Source: Octopus bimaculoides
Taxonomy: Eukaryota
Reading direction: 5' to 3'
Assembly: GCF_001194135.2 (NCBI RefSeq)
Contig: NC_068998.1
Span: 15,133,919 to 15,197,918, forward strand
DNA length: 64,000 nucleotides
In this document: in pieces, positions 63,666 through 64,000 of the stretch
Numbering within the stretch: position 1 is the first letter of the stretch
How the letters are laid out: every line of letters starts with the position of its first letter
Translations under genes and position numbers: made by a program
Notes under the pieces: generated by a model
What the model saw: only the letters and a program-made list of their open reading frames with translations
Databases searched by the model: none
Told to the model about the DNA's origin: nothing

Positions 63666-64000
63666 TATTATTATTATTTACTTTTTTTTTCTATCAAAAG
63701 TTCAAACATGAAATATTAATAACTTCCTACACGAAATAACATTTTATCTTTAAAGCGAAAAGAAAGAAGACAAAAATATCTTAATATTTTTTTTCTACTA
63801 AGTCTTTTTAATAACAATGAATTCTTTTAATATTCATTTCTATCGGCTTCACTTTCACCTTGACTCCCCTATTTTTATCACTTGCTTTTATTAGTCGATC
63901 ATAAAAATATTCGTTGTTTTCGATTTTTTTTGTATGTTTTTTTTTTCGGTTATTATTGTACAGCTCTAATGTAAAATCATAAATATTTCCCGAAACTGAT

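Overview
AT-rich eukaryotic draft-assembly DNA with many N gaps, most of them flanked by (TA)n, (CA)n or (GATA)n microsatellites. The repeat content strongly suggests an octopus or other coleoid cephalopod; this is an inference from remembered octopus repeat families, not a database search. It is dominated by two tRNA-derived SINE families: a Meta-domain/OR1-like family and a CORE-domain/OR2-like family. No complete host gene can be supported, and most ORFs in the supplied track are translations of microsatellites or N runs. The recognisable protein-like sequence is decayed retroelement: at least five R4/Dong-type LINE fragments (RT, CCHC, restriction-like endonuclease), a Penelope GIY-YIG fragment, an L1/Tx1 fragment and an RTE-like fragment. 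Mariner-, hAT- and foldback-type MITEs and a probable Helentron/HINE piece are also present. The most interesting signals are: (1) four unrelated type-I hammerhead ribozyme-like folds, one almost canonical at 56332-56393, pointing to Penelope/retrozyme-like elements; (2) two divergent, oppositely oriented segments encoding the same LxN..IxEFLFTQLxKxxLxxL motif with synonymous codon differences, one bounded by good splice sites; (3) a speculative two-exon signal peptide-KR-NENFRF micro-precursor; (4) several hairpin, inverted and tandem rearrangements, and evidence that retroelements insert into (TAA)n tracts. All coding and ribozyme calls were made by eye and need computational and experimental checks.
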